Assembly: GCF_009914755.1 (NCBI RefSeq)
Contig: NC_060925.1
Direction: 5' to 3' (one strand)
DNA: 64,000 bases
DNA from: the human T2T-CHM13v2.0 reference genome, Homo sapiens
Within the stretch, counting starts at the first letter, position 1; each line of letters starts with the position of its first letter. This document shows, piece by piece, positions 15,659 to 29,226 of the stretch. Both the position numbers and the translations under genes were made by a program. The notes under the pieces are model-generated. The model was not told where the DNA came from and did not search any database. It saw only the letters and a list, made by a program, of their open reading frames with translations.

Positions 15659-16770
15659 AAAAGCAGTGGGAATGAACGACTGGACTGGGCAGTGGTGCTT
15701 TGGGATGGGGTTGCTATCCTTCCAGGTGCCCCTTGTAATGCAGATAGGGATGGCAAGAAAAGGGATACAACATATGTCTGCAAATTATTTGTGATATAAT
15801 ATGTACATGTTTTCAGTGATTATATAATGCACACACTCTGATGAGACATGCACAAATTCTGTGGATTTTCTGAAAAAAAAATGGAGTGAAATATCAGGAA
15901 ACGTGCTTTAAATCCGTTTGTATGTATCTAAACTGTGCAAGCGTGCATGAAAACAGAAGGCATAAAGGACAGCTGGCCTGCATCAGTATTTGTAAAAATT
16001 GTCTTTCACAACATCCTAGACAAAAATGGTGGTTTTTTTTTTTGTTTTTCCATCACAAGATGAAATCAGCATTCTGTGCATCAAGGAAAACAAATAATTT
16101 AGCTTTGGGGGTTGTTCAGATAAAGCATTTGTCTACTCAAACAAAAAAAAAAAAAAAAGAAAAAGAAACAATGCCCACATATTCCAAACTGTCTTGTTCC
16201 CTGATAATTAGTATTATAGAGTATTCTGGTGGGGGTGGGGGTAGGAGAAAATCTACACTCCTTTCCCCGCCTTCATGTCAGCTACATTATACTTCCTCTT
16301 TGGTACTACTACTTCTCTTGAACAAACATCTCCCTCTAATTAAGAAGACACTAGTCAAAATAATCTTGTGAAAACAAGTCCATTATTTAATTTTCTCTTT
16401 AGCCTTTCTCTTGGCAGAAAAGGTATTTGGTTTCACTTTCTATTTTGGGTCAGTTTTACTACCCAATGATGTAATATGGATGTAATTTGATAACAGAAGT
16501 CTGCATTACAGTGATGGGAAGTATCTCCTTTCAGGAGAAAATGTTGTGCCCTGAAATTTCAACCTTTAACATATAAGTAAATGTCATTGATAATCTAATT
16601 TTAGTCTTTGCTTTTCAACATGGCTTGGTTCATTGCAGCTGCTCCTGGGGTCTTGATTGATATGAATGTATATTGGAAAGAGAAGCAGCAAAAGAAATGG
16701 ACAAGGAAATGATAACCCTGAAAATTGACTAGCTGGACATTGGTTTAATTAAAAATAATCTAAAATCATT
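15659..16770 (+). other. NTMT2: Probable NTMT2 3' UTR
   Basis: Unique AT-rich sequence after the stop codon; the end is inferred from the ATTAAA signal. Confidence 0.55.
16748..16753 (+). terminator. Candidate polyadenylation signal ATTAAA
   Basis: First AWTAAA hexamer I found downstream of the stop; T-rich sequence follows at about 16780-16830. Confidence 0.5.
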
Positions 16771-17959
16771 CAAAAAATGTAATTCAATTTTTATTAGCAG
16801 AATGCTAAATATAACTGCTGTTGTCTTTAAAACACTTCAACATCCTTCACAGGGAAGCACATTTGTGCTTGATATGTATTGAGTCTTCCATGAAATGCAA
16901 ATAATCAATTTAAGTAAAGAAGACAGACTACATGGATATGCTATCATCATAAAATAGTATTTTCAGGTCACAGCTCTCATTTCAGAGGAAAACAATTTTG
17001 ATAAAACATTTAATACATTGTTGTAGCTTTACCTTGGTAGTTTCATTTAGCGTGCTGGAAAATTATTTCACCTATTCTGCTCTTGGCATCTTACAGCTGT
17101 TGTATGTTACTCGCCATGCTCTAGGGTAGCGTGCCACTCAGAATCCGTGACAAGCAAGCCAGGGACCAGAGCTAAATCAAATGGTAAACCATTACCAAAC
17201 AGTCTAAGTGCAGCAAAACAATGGTACTTATGTTTTAGGCCTTTGTAATTCTTAGAGCAAATTAGCAGAATCTTCTTTTTAGGCTCATCCTGGGAATTTT
17301 CTGTTTCTTTCACCAGTATCCTTAATTCTCTTAACCCTTGACTTTCTGCTTTGCCAATATTCACAAGCTGATTGACACAGTTGTCAATATTCTCTGCTAT
17401 GGGCTTCTGAGCTTATGGAGGGAATGACATAATTTTCCTGTAGATACTGATATATGATTTTCAACTCAGCTGGGTCATTGAGGTTGATCATCATTCCCCT
17501 TTCTCATCCTAAATCACATATTATTCTCCTTAGAAATTTTTCAGATTTTTATTGCTCTATACAATTTCCCAATTCCATATCTATGCTTAACTTAACTGAG
17601 AAAGTAGACATTGGGAGTAAATAGTATCATCACCCCCTCTCCCCTGACCTGGCTTTATATTGTTAATAACGGGTACAAGGCAAAGGGTGGCTTGAGAGAA
17701 GTTGGAGCCAGATCCTGCACACTATAGGTCATGTTAAGGTTTGGACATGTTACTCAAAGAACAAGTGGAAGTTCTTGAAGGGTGCAAGTAAAGGACTGAT
17801 TTTTCTGCCTTTGGGAGTAGAGTCGTAGAAACTGTGGAAAGAAGACATTTAGAGTGAGACCTACTCCAGTCCTCTTTAATCTAATTGAGTAAGCCAAACA
17901 CACTGCTCATGTTTATCAACACATCTGAAAGCTAGTGATGCAAATGACAACCTATATTA

Positions 17960-18106
17960 TTTCCCAAATACTGGTCCATAGTCCAGCTGCCTCAGAATCA
18001 CTTGGAGGTGACTTATAAATAGAGATTCTCAAACTTGATCCCCGTGATATATGGTTCTGTTAAGTTGGTCACTGATTCTGATCACTAGTTTTGTTTGAGG
18101 ACACTG
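17960..18106. mobile_element. MER5A-like hAT MITE
   Basis: CAGCTGCCTCAGAATCACTTGGAGG...AGATTCTC...GTTTGAGGACACTG. Confidence 0.6.
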
Positions 18107-18273
18107 ATGGGAAAGAGGTGTGGAGCTGGGCTCCTCAGAACCACAGAAAGTAAGGCAAGGGAAGCAAAAGTACGGGCCAGGTTCAAGGGAAATCGCTGGA
18201 TGATGAAATCCATTCTCCACATTGATGCCAGTCCTTCTAAAATATGAATCTGACTGTCTCATGTATAAACTTC

Positions 18274-21200
18274 CTTTTTCAAAACTTTTATTTTAGGTTT
18301 GGGGGTACACGTGAAGGTTTGTTACATAGGTAAACACATGTCACAGGGGTTTGTTGTACATATTGTTTCATCACTCAGGTATTAAGCCCAGTACCCAACA
18401 GTTACTTTTTCTGCTCCTCTCCGTCTTCCACCCTTGCTGCTCAAGTAGACCCCAGTGACTGTCGTTTCCTTCTTTGTGTTCATAAATTTTTATCATTTAG
18501 CTCCTACTTACAAGTGAGAACATGCAGTATTTGGTTTTCTGTTCCTGAGTTAGTTTGGTAAGGATAATAGCCTCCAACTCCATCTGTGTTCCTGGAAAAT
18601 ACATGATCTCATTCTTTTTTATGGCTGCATAGTATTCCACGGTGTATATGTACCACATTTTCTTTATTCAATCTGTCATTGATGGACATTTATGCTGATT
18701 CTACGTCTTTGCTATTGTGAATAGTGCTGCAGTGAACATTTTCATGCATGTTTCTTTATGTGACAGTGATTTATATTTCTCTTGGTGTGTACCCAGTAAT
18801 GGGATTGCTGGGTGGAATGGTAGTTCTGCTTTTAGCTCTTTGAGGAATCGTCATACTGCTTTCCACAATGGTTGAATTAATTTACACTCCCATTAACAGT
18901 GTATAAATGTTCCTTTTTCTTTGCAACCTCACCAGCATCTGTTATTTTCTGACTTTTTAGTAATAGCCATTTTGACTGGTGTGAGATGGTATCTCATTGT
19001 GGTTTTGATTTGCATTTCTCTAATAATCAGTGATATGGAGCTTTTTTTCATGTGGTTCTTGGCCACATGTATGTCTCCTTTGAGAAGTGCCTGTTCATAT
19101 CCGTTTGCCCATTTTTTAATGGGGTTGTTTTTCTCTTGCAAATTTAAGTTCCTTACAGATGCCAGATATCAGATGTTTATCAGATGCATAGTTTGTAAAT
19201 ATTTTCTCCCATTCCGTAGGTTGTCTGTTTACTCTGTTGATAGTTTCTTTTGCTGTACAGAAGCTCTTAAGTTTAATTAGATCCCACTTGTCAATTTTTG
19301 CTTTTGTTGTGATTGCTTTTGGTGTGCTTTTCATGAAATCTTTGCTTGTTTCTATGTCCAGAATGGTATTACCTTGGTTGTCTTCCAGGATTTTTATAGT
19401 TTTGGGTTTTACATTTAAGTCTTTAATTCCTCTTGAGTTCATTTTTGTGTATGGTATAAGAAAGCAGTCCAGCTTCCATTTTTTGCTAATGGCTAACCAG
19501 TTATCCCAGCACCATTTATTAAATAGGGAGTCTTTTCCCCATTGCTCATTTTTGTTAGCTTTATTGAAGATCAGATGGTCATAGATATGAGGCCTTATTC
19601 CTGGGCTCTCTATTCTGCTCCATTGGTCTACGTGCCTGTTTTTGTACCAGTAACATGCTGTTTTGGTTACTCTAGCCTTGTAGTATAGTTTGAATTCGGG
19701 TAACATGATACCTCCAGCTTTGTTCTTTTTGCTTAGGATTGCCTTGGCAATTCAGGCTCTTTTTTGATTCCATATGAATTTTAAAATAGTTTCTTCTAGT
19801 TCTCCGAAGAATGTCTTTGGTAGCTTGATAGGAATAGCATTGAATCTGTTAATTATTTTGGGCAGTATAGCCATTTTAATGATATTGATTTTTTCTTTAC
19901 ATGAGCATGGAGTGTTTTTCCATTTGTTTGTGTCTTCTCTGATTTCTTTGAGCAGTATTTTGTAATTCTCATTGTAGAGATCTTTTACCTCCCTTGTTAG
20001 CTGTATTCCTAGGTATTTTATTCTTTTTGTGACATTTTTGAGTACGATTGCCTTCTGATTTGGATCTTGGTTTGGCTGTTGTTGGTGTATAGGAATGCTA
20101 GTGATTTTTATACATTGATTTTGTATCCTGAAACTTTGCTGAAGTTATTTATCAGCTGAAGGAGCTTCTGGGCTGAGACTATGGGGTTTTCTAGATATAG
20201 GAAATTCATAGCAATTCTAATTTCAGACAAAACGGATTTCAAACCAACAACGATAAAAAAAGACAAAGAAGGGCATTACATAATGGTAAAGAGTCCAATT
20301 CAGCAAAAGACCTAACTATCCTAAATATATATGCACCCAACACAGGAGCACCCAGATTCATAAAGCAAGTTCTTAGAGACCCACAAACAGATATAGATTC
20401 CCACACAATAATGGTGGGAGACTTCAACACTCCACTGACAATGTGAGATGATGAAGCCTGAAAATTAACAAAGGTACTCGGCACCTAAACTCAACATTGG
20501 GTCAAATAGGTTTGATAGACCTTTACAGAACTCTCCACCCAAAACCAACAAAATATACAGTCTTCTCATTGCCAGATGGCACATACTCTAAAATCAACCA
20601 CATAGTTGGACATAAAACAATTCTCAACAAATGTAAAAGAACTGAAATCATACCAAACACACTCTCAGACCACAGCACAATAAAAATAGAAGACTGAAAA
20701 TTGCTCAAAACCATGCAATTACATGGAAATTAAACAACATACTCCTGAATGACTATTGGGTAAATAATGAAATTAAGACCGAAATCATGACGTTCTTTGA
20801 AAATAATGAGAACAAAGATACAATATGTCAGAATCTCTGGGACACAGCTACGACAATGTTAAGAGGGAAATTCATAGCACTAAATGTCCACATCAGAAAG
20901 TTAGAAAGATCTAAAATTAACAACCTAACTTCACAATGGAAAGAACTAGAGAAGTAAGAACAAATCAACCCCAATGGTAGCAGAAGATGAGAAATAACAA
21001 AAATAAGAGCTGAAATGAAGGAAATCAAAACATGAAAAAACATTCAAAGGATCAATGACTCCAAGAGTTGCTTTTTGTTTTGTTTTTCTGTTTTTGTTTT
21101 TTTTTTTTGTTTTTTGGAAAAAAATAAGAAAGGCCGGGCACAGTGCCTCATGCCTGTAATACCAGCACTTTGAGAGGCCGAGACAGGCGGATCACGAGGT

Positions 21201-21893
21201 CAGGAGATCGAGACCATCCTGGGTAACATGGTGAAACCCCGTCTCTACTAAAAATACAAAAAAATTAGCCGGGCGCGGTGGCGGGCGCCTGTAGTCCCAG
21301 CTACTCAGGAGGCTGAGGCAGGAGAATGGCATGAACCCGGGAGGCAGAGCTTGCAGTGAGCTGAGATTTGCAGTGAGCCAAAATTGTGCCACTGCACTCC
21401 AGCCTGGGCGACAGAGCAAGACTCCATCTCAAAAAAAACCAACAACAACAACAACAACAACAACAAAAAGACCACTAGCTAGACTAATAAAGAAGAAAAG
21501 AGAGAAGATCCAAATAAACACAATTAGAAATGATAAAGGAAATGTTACTACTGACCTCACAGATAAAAAAACAACCACCAGAGACTACTATGACCACATC
21601 TACACATACAGACTAGAAAACCTAAAACAGATGAATAAATTCCTGGACACATACACCCTCCCAAGACTGAGCAAGGAAGAAATTGATTCCCTGAACAGAC
21701 CAATAATGAGCTCCGAAATTCAATCAGTAATAAATAGCCTACCAACCAAAAAAGGCCAGGACCTGAAGGACTCACAGCTGAATTCTATTAGATGTGCAAA
21801 GAAGAGCTGGTACCATTCCTACAGAAACTATTCTAAAAAATTGAGCAGAAAGGACTCCTTCCCAACTCATTCTATGAGGCTAGCATCATCTTA
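18274..21893 (-). mobile_element. Old primate L1PA (about PA13-like) with 5' inversion: 3' part on - strand 18274-20200, inverted segment on + strand ~20211-21893
   Basis: ORF2 C-terminal peptides on - (19116-19706, 18929-19141); EN and Z-domain peptides on + (20497-20697, 21331-21894); L2 sequence flanks both sides. Confidence 0.9.
21132..21469 (+). mobile_element. AluY inserted in the inverted L1 segment, (CAA)n tail
   Basis: GGCCGGGC start, GAGATCGAGACCATCCTGG, internal 17-bp duplication. Confidence 0.93.
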
Positions 21894-21895
21894 AT

Positions 21896-22352
21896 GGTAA
21901 ACTTTCAATGACTCTCCACCACCAAGAGGATGAATTTCTATCTCCTTAGAATGGCATATAAAGCCATTTGTGATTTGGCCCTGGCTTCCCTCTCCACTCC
22001 AGCAGCTGTACTTAAGTACTTGTAGGTCCCTTAGGGAGCCATAATTTGTGGCATTTTTACATGTTACTTCCTTGGCATATATATTTTATTTTATTTTTGT
22101 CAGGCCCACACCACTTAGATGTTGCTGACTCTAGTAAAGCTTCCCTTACTCCCCAGGTGCTGGGCTAAGTACCCCTATTCTGGGAACCCTTCTGCTTACC
22201 ATATCACAGCACTTCCGTGACTTCATAATCGTCTGTTTACTTGCCATTTCCTCTATTAAATTCTGAGCTCCCTGATGGGAGTATTCATGGTTAGAGTCTC
22301 AGTCTCTATTACGGGCCCTAGTACACTTCAGGAACTCAAAAGCTTTGCTGAT
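21896..22352 (+). mobile_element. L2 3' fragment (continuation of 18210-18273)
   Basis: L2-like CTTTCAATGACTCTCC...ATGGCATATAAAGCC...TGAGCTCCCTGATGGG...GAACTCAAAAGCTTTGCTGA. Confidence 0.65.
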
Positions 22353-22642
22353 ATAATGCAAGGTGATAAAAAAGTAGAAAGACTTGGGATAATCTTGATT
22401 TCTGAAGGCATCAAACGGGAATTAGAGAAAGCAGCAGGAAAAACGAAGGCCTTTTTAAGTTCCATGAGAACTACGGTTTGCAAGACTGGTCAAAACAGTA
22501 CAATGCAAGCGGCAAGAATCAGGAAGTGCACAGAAACAAGAAGCTCGGTGCACACTGGGATCAGGCAAGCATCTGGGAGAAGACTGTAGCAAGACTGGAT
22601 CCTGAGGTAAAATCCTGTCTAGTTATGAAATCTCATTCTCTC

Positions 22643-22652
<10 letters not shown>

Positions 22653-22673
<21 letters not shown>

Positions 22674-22958
22674 AGACGGAGTTTCACTCTTGTTGCCCAG
22701 GCTGGAGTGCAATGGCGCGATCTCGACTCACCCACCGCAACCTCCGCCTCCTGGGTTCAAGTGATTCTCCCGCCTCAGCTTCCCGAGTAGCTGGGATTAC
22801 AGGCATGTGCCACCACGTCTGGCTAATTTTGTATTTTTAGTAGAGACACTGTTTCTCCATGTTGGTCAGGCTGGTCTCAAACTCCCAATCTAGGGTGATC
22901 TGCCCACCTCGGCCTCCCAAAGTGCTGGGATTACAGGTCTGAGCCACCGTGCCCGGCC
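22653..22958 (-). mobile_element. AluSp/Sq
   Basis: GTTTCACTCTTGTTGCCCAGGCTGGAGTGCAATGG, TTCTCCATGTTGGTCAGG; T tail preceded by (CT)n. Confidence 0.92.
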
Positions 22959-24128
22959 CTCTCTTTTTTTTAAGAGGAGACAATCCGAGGATATGAGCAA
23001 TCTGAAGTCCACAGTTTCATTAGGTGAGTGTGTAGACTTGATAAGAGAGATATGTTGAAATTGTGAGTAGGTTATATTAGTAACAAAATCCTCACTCATT
23101 TCCTGCTATGCAAGAGGTCAGAAGAAACTAACTAGGTTATAGATGACGTTAATCCTTCTGTGAATGTTGATTAGAAGGTGCTCACCTGATGTCACAGATG
23201 AGCTAATTGCAAACATGCCTGCAATCCTAGATGAACTTTGGAGGACCTCTTGATTTATATAGTGATTCATGAATGGGTGCACTCTTCATCTACCTCTCTT
23301 TTCGAGAACCTGAGCCACCACTCCTAAGCACTGGCATAGAAGCATGCAAAGTCTTAAAGCATCAGCAGTTTTATAGATTTGAGCCCATCATAAAAATATA
23401 AAACAAAGTGAATAAGGTCATCCATGTGAAAGATGATCTGCTTTGTATTATGGACACATTTTGGCCCCATCTTTATTTTTTTTTTCTCTCCACTATTTCC
23501 TGTAACTGGCCTGTTTTGAGTGATGTATTGGAGAGAAGGCCTGTGTCAGATATCTTCAGCTGCCTGTCATGAGTAATTAAAACCAGTCGTGTTATTGCTT
23601 TCCTTAGTTCCAGCTGACTCTTTGATGCTTTGGTGTCCATGCCAAAAAACTACCTCTTATAATCATCAGAGGCCAGTGTTTTTGCAGAGGTCACTGCAAG
23701 CTAATTAAGCAAATATGTGAAAAATAGTTTTAAAGTATCTCTATTAGTGGAGTGTGAGCATACATGTATTTAGAGTGGGGGTTGAAGAGAGACTTTTAAA
23801 ACAATAGCTGACTTCCAGAACTAGTAATTTGGTGTCGGAGAACTACGTGTATATGGCACCTTTGTACATTCATTAAGTTGGCACAATTTGACCTTTTGTT
23901 GCATGACAGACACTGTATTAGTTTCAGCAAATAAACATATAGAAAATGTCTTAAAAGATCATGGGTCAGTAATGGGACATATAGATACATAAATGATAGT
24001 AATAATTCAGGATAAAATGGACTAAATGAGTGGTATGTACAAAAAGTTAAAAAAAATAGGTAAAAGAGTAACTCCATCTCTGGGATTTGAGGGAGGTTAC
24101 AGAGATTCATTCATTCAACACATTTTTT

Positions 24129-24436
<308 letters not shown>

Positions 24437-25046
24437 TAATGCCTACTATGTGCCAGGCACTGCTCAAGGATCTCAGGCTACATCAAGGAATAAAACCAAG
24501 GTCCCTGGCCTTGTAGAGCTTATACTCTAGGAGAGGTGGAGAGGTCATAAATATAAACAAGTAAATTATTTTTATGTTAGAAAGTGGTGTTGGGGGGAAT
24601 AGAGTAGAAGAGGGGGATTGAAATTCATGGGGGGTTGTTTGTAACTTCAAAGAGTTGTTGGTATTGGCTTCATTGAAGAGGTGGCATTTGAGAAAAAAAA
24701 TGCAAAGATGAGGGCATAAGCCATGTTGATATCTGGGGAAAAAGGGAACAGCTAGTGCAATGCCCTAAGTCTTAAGTGTACCTGGCCCATTTGAGAGACA
24801 GCAAGAGGTCAGTGCAGCTGCAACAGTGAATGAGGGAAAGAGTGTAGTCATATATGAGGTTCAAGGATATGACTCGGGCAAGATTATGTAGGATCTTGTA
24901 GGTCATTGAAACGACTTTCACTTTTATTCTGAGAAGGGGAGCATTGCAGAGAAGTGACATATGACTTGTGTCTTAAAAAGATTCCTCGCTTCTGTGTCAA
25001 GAAATGATAACTGGGGTAAGAATAGAAGCAAGGAGACCAGTTAGAC

Positions 25047-25240
25047 CAGGACTTGGTAAACTGTGGTTCATGATCCAAATCTGGCTTATTGCTTTTTGTG
25101 AATAAACTTTTATTGGGACATAGCCAGGCCCATTTGCATTACCATAATAGAGGTGAGTAGTTGCCACAAGGACTGTATGGCCCATGAAACGAAGAAATAC
25201 TTACTGTATCACTCCCTATGAAAAACGTTGCTGTCCCCTA
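25047..25240. mobile_element. MER58A hAT-Charlie MITE
   Basis: CAGGACTTGGTAAACT...GTTGCTGTCCCCTA; 8-bp near-TSD AGTTAGAC/TGTTAGAA. Confidence 0.75.
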
Positions 25241-26158
25241 TGTTAGAATATTGCTGCATTTCAGGAGAGAGGTGATGGTGGCTCAGACCAGGGTGTACCA
25301 CCGAAAGTAGTGAGAAGTGTTTGGGTTCTGCATATATACAAAATTAAAACCAACTAGATTTGCTGAATGATTGGGTGGGAGGGTGTAATAAAGGAAAAGT
25401 CAAAGATGAGTGTCAAATGTTTGGCCTGAACTACCAGGAGAACATAGTTTCTATCATTTGAGATGGGGGAAGTTGGTGGTAAAACAGTTTTCATGGTGAA
25501 AGAAGATCAAGAATTAGAGCAGCTTAAACTCAACCTTGGTGAGTGTTGGGATGACACCAAGTGAAAATGTTGAGGAGCCAATTGAATATGCAAATCTAAG
25601 TTCAGAAGAGACTACTAGGCTGAAGATGGAATATTGGGAGCCATCAGCATAGAGTTGATATTTAAGGTCATGATTCTGGATGAGATTACCAAAGGAATGA
25701 GTAAACACAGAGAAAAGAACAAAGGATGAATCCTAGAACTCATAATCATGAAGTTTGGGAAGAAAAGGAAAAACCATTAAAGGATACTAAGGAGGAATGA
25801 CCAATAAAGTAGACCAGTAAATTAAATCAAGAGTAGGGTGTTCTGGAAGCCAAATGAAGAAAGTTTATCCAGGAGGACAGAGGAATCAAATATATCAAAT
25901 ATTTCTGATAAGTCAAATAAGAAGAGAACTGATAATTGACTATTGCAATTTTGGTAGACTAGGTAGGACCAAAAATTGGATTGGAATAGATATAATTAAG
26001 TTTGGAAAGAGAAGAATTAGAGAGAAGGAGTACAGAAAACTCTTTCAAGGAGTTTTTGCTGGAAAGGGAGACAAATTTGCAAAAGAATAAGGCAATTTCA
26101 GGCAAGGGAAGTAGGATTAAGAGAAAGATTCTTGTTTTTAAGATGGAAGAAATAATTT

Positions 26159-27289
26159 TTCATATAATTTCAACTTTTATTTTAGAGTCAGGGGTATATG
26201 TGCAGGTTTGTTATATGGATATATTGGGTGATGCTGACGTTTGGGGTATGATTGATTCTGTCACCCAGGTAGTGAGCATAGTACTCAATAGGTTTTTGAC
26301 CCTTGCCTACCTCTCTTCTTTCCACCCTAGGAGTCCCCAGTGTCTACTGTTGCCATCTTTATGTCTATGACCACCCAATGCATAGCTTTCACTTACAAGT
26401 GAGAACATGTGGTATTTGTTTTTCTGTTCCTGAATTAATTCACTTAGGATGATGGCCTCCAGCTGCATCCATGTTGCAGCAAAGGACATAAGTTCATTCT
26501 TTTTTATGACCATGTATTATTTGATGGTGTATATGTACCACATTTTATTTATCCAATCCACTATTGATGGACACCTAGGTTGATTCCATGTCTTTGCTAT
26601 TGTGAATATTGCTGCAATGAACATACACATGCATGTGTGTTTTTGGTAGAATGATTTATTTTCCTTTGGGTATATAGCCAGTAATGGGATTATTGGGTGG
26701 AACGGTTGTTTCATTTTAAGTTCTTTGAGAAATTTCCAAACTTCTTTCCACAGTGGCTGAACTAATTTACATTATTTCCAGCAGTGTATAAGCATTCCTT
26801 TTTCTCTGCAGCCTCATTAGTGTCTGTCGTTTTTTGACTTTTTAATAACAGCCATTCTATCTGGTGTCAGATGGTATCTCATTGTGGCATTGACTTGCGT
26901 TTCTCTGATGATTAGTGATGTTGAGCATTTTTTCATGTTTGTTGGTTTGTTTTCTTTTGAGAAGTGTCTGTTCATGTCTTTTGCCCACTTTTTAATGAGG
27001 TTATTTATTTTTTGCTTATTGAATTGTTTAAGTTCCTTGTAGATCCTGGATATTAGAACTTCATCATATGCATATTGTGAATGTTTTCACTCATTCTGTA
27101 GGTTGTCTGTTTATTTTGTTAATGGTTTCTTTGGCTATGCAGAAGCTCTTTAGTTTAATTAGGTCCCACTTGTCAAATTTTGTTTTTGTTGCAATTGCTT
27201 TTGAGGACTTAGTCATAAATTATTTCCAAGGCCAATGTCCAGAGTGGTATTTCCTAGGTTTTCTTCTAGGGTTCTTATAGTTTGAGGTG
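26159..27289 (-). mobile_element. 5'-truncated L1 (L1PA15-17/L1PB-like) 3' end
   Basis: ORF2 C-terminal and 3' peptides (AKTWNQPRCPS; FAATWMQLEAIILSEL); 19-bp TSD AAG(A/G)TGGAAGAAATAATTT at 26140-26158 and 27290-27308. Confidence 0.9.
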
Positions 27290-29164
27290 AAGGTGGAAGA
27301 AATAATTTAATCGTGTGTATGTATTTTGATGGGAAAGATTTGATAGAGATGGAGAAATTAATGATTTAAGAAAGGAATTGCTAGAGTAATGTCATTGAGT
27401 AGTTAAGAGAAGATAGAATCTGGTTTGCAAATGGGAGGATTGAATTTTAAATAGGAACATGGATAAATAAATCCTCCCTAGAAGCAGGTGGGAGTTTATG
27501 TGTGCAGATTCTGGAGGGGGTGGTGGGAGTCTATGGAAATCTTTTTTTACTGCTTTAATTTTCTAAGTGAAGTAGAAAAAAAAGATCATTATCTGAGAGT
27601 AAAGATTGAGATGGTGTATTGTGGGTTTGAGAAGAGAGGAGAAAGAACAAAATAGCCATCAAGTATACGGTAGAATGAATGGATTGGAAAAGTATAGTAT
27701 GATCATCAAGCAACAGACAGGCTAACTTAAGGTTCATAATCTTGTGCATTTGTCTTCAGCTCATTCTTTTGCATGGTTGTAGGCACAATGATAAATTTAA
27801 GCAGGGTTGTGATTTTTTCAAGTGCGTATAGCAGGGACAAGGAATTGAGAGTGTATACAAATGAGTGAATATGTTAATTAACCATGGAATTTAAGATGAG
27901 TAAGTATGAAAGAGAGGATATTAATGAGGTTACAGACAGTGAAAAGACAGGAAGAGGAATGGATTGGAGATCCTGGTGAAATTGGAATTGAGGAATTAGA
28001 GGGAATAAAGTGATAGATGGAAGTTATGGTCAGAGAATGGGATAAACTAAATTGAGATTATACAGGGATTATTGGTGATGAGAAGGTCTAGGGTTCTAAA
28101 CATATAAACATATGGCTGAGGTAGTATGAGGGTTGGATCACTGAAAAAGAGGAGTTTAGCAAACTGAGAGGCTAGAGTGTTAGACGGAATCTCTAATGGG
28201 TGTATTGCAATCATCCAAGAATCAAGACATAAGTGGTATTGGATAGGGTGAAAGTGAACCAAGCATTAAAATCAGTGGGAAATAAAGGGGTATTACCTGG
28301 GGGCTGGTTGGTGACATAAACAATGAGGGATAATGGGTAATATGATTTATATGAGATTAACCCCTAGAGTACTTAGTGAGGAGAGAAAGAAAGAGAATAG
28401 TTTGGAAATAGCAATGAGGAGCAAATGTGAACCTACTGCACATATGATTTAAATTTTTACATGGGACTCCAAGGATAAGTGGATAAGGGAGGTAGAGTCT
28501 GGGGAAAGAATATTTCAGGCATAGGGAAATCATTGGGCATTTAATTGCATGTGAAAAGACATGTAATTTAAGATATGGTGAATATATCCACATGGCTGCA
28601 TTATCAAGTGGAAGCATGGTGGTTACAGATGTAGAGAGATCTGGACATGGTAAAGCAAGATGGAAGAAAACGAAGTTGCTGAGACTAGCTAGGTTGGGGC
28701 AGATTGTGCAAAGAGACTATCTAAGGTTTTTAGTCAGGGCACTGATCTCATCAGATTATTTCACAAAAATAAATCTTGCTACAGTGTAGAAAGAGAGGTA
28801 GAGGCAAAGAAGGCAACTAGAAAGCTACAGCAATAATGAAAACTACAGGTAGAAGGGTTTGAACTTAGGCTGTTCAAGGGATAGAGGAAACATTGGGAAG
28901 GGAAAATCAACAGGAGCTGGTGATTGTTTGAATGTGGTTAGTGAGGCAAAGAAGGGAATCAAGGAATATTTGAAGGTTTTTGACTATAGCCACTGGGTAA
29001 AATATATTACCTTTTACTAGTTTAGGGAATAAAGGAGAACAACTAAGATGGACTGACAGATTATACATCTTTTAATAGGCAATAACATCGCAGAGCCCTA
29101 AGGCATACACCTTATTCTCTAGATAGATGTTTATTTATTTCACGCAACTAGACATTCCTTAAAG

Positions 29165-29226
29165 TATCTTCAACACTGGTGAAGATTCCAAGAGATATTT
29201 TCAACACTGGTGAGGATTCCAAGAGA
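29165..29226. repeat. 31-bp tandem duplication
   Basis: TAT(C/T)TTCAACACTGGTGA(A/G)GATTCCAAGAGA x2. Confidence 0.95.

Noticed and set aside
15886-16371. 161-aa ORF in the 3' UTR
   Set aside because: GTG start, and composition driven by T, A and G homopolymer runs (FFFLFF, KKKKK, GGGGG); no family similarity
19116-19706. 196-aa ORF as a cellular gene or active L1
   Set aside because: Fragment of L1 ORF2 C-terminus in a rearranged element lacking the RT core, with stops and frameshifts around it
22275-22589. 104-aa ATG-initiated ORF
   Set aside because: Starts in an L2 remnant; no recognisable domain and no supporting exon structure
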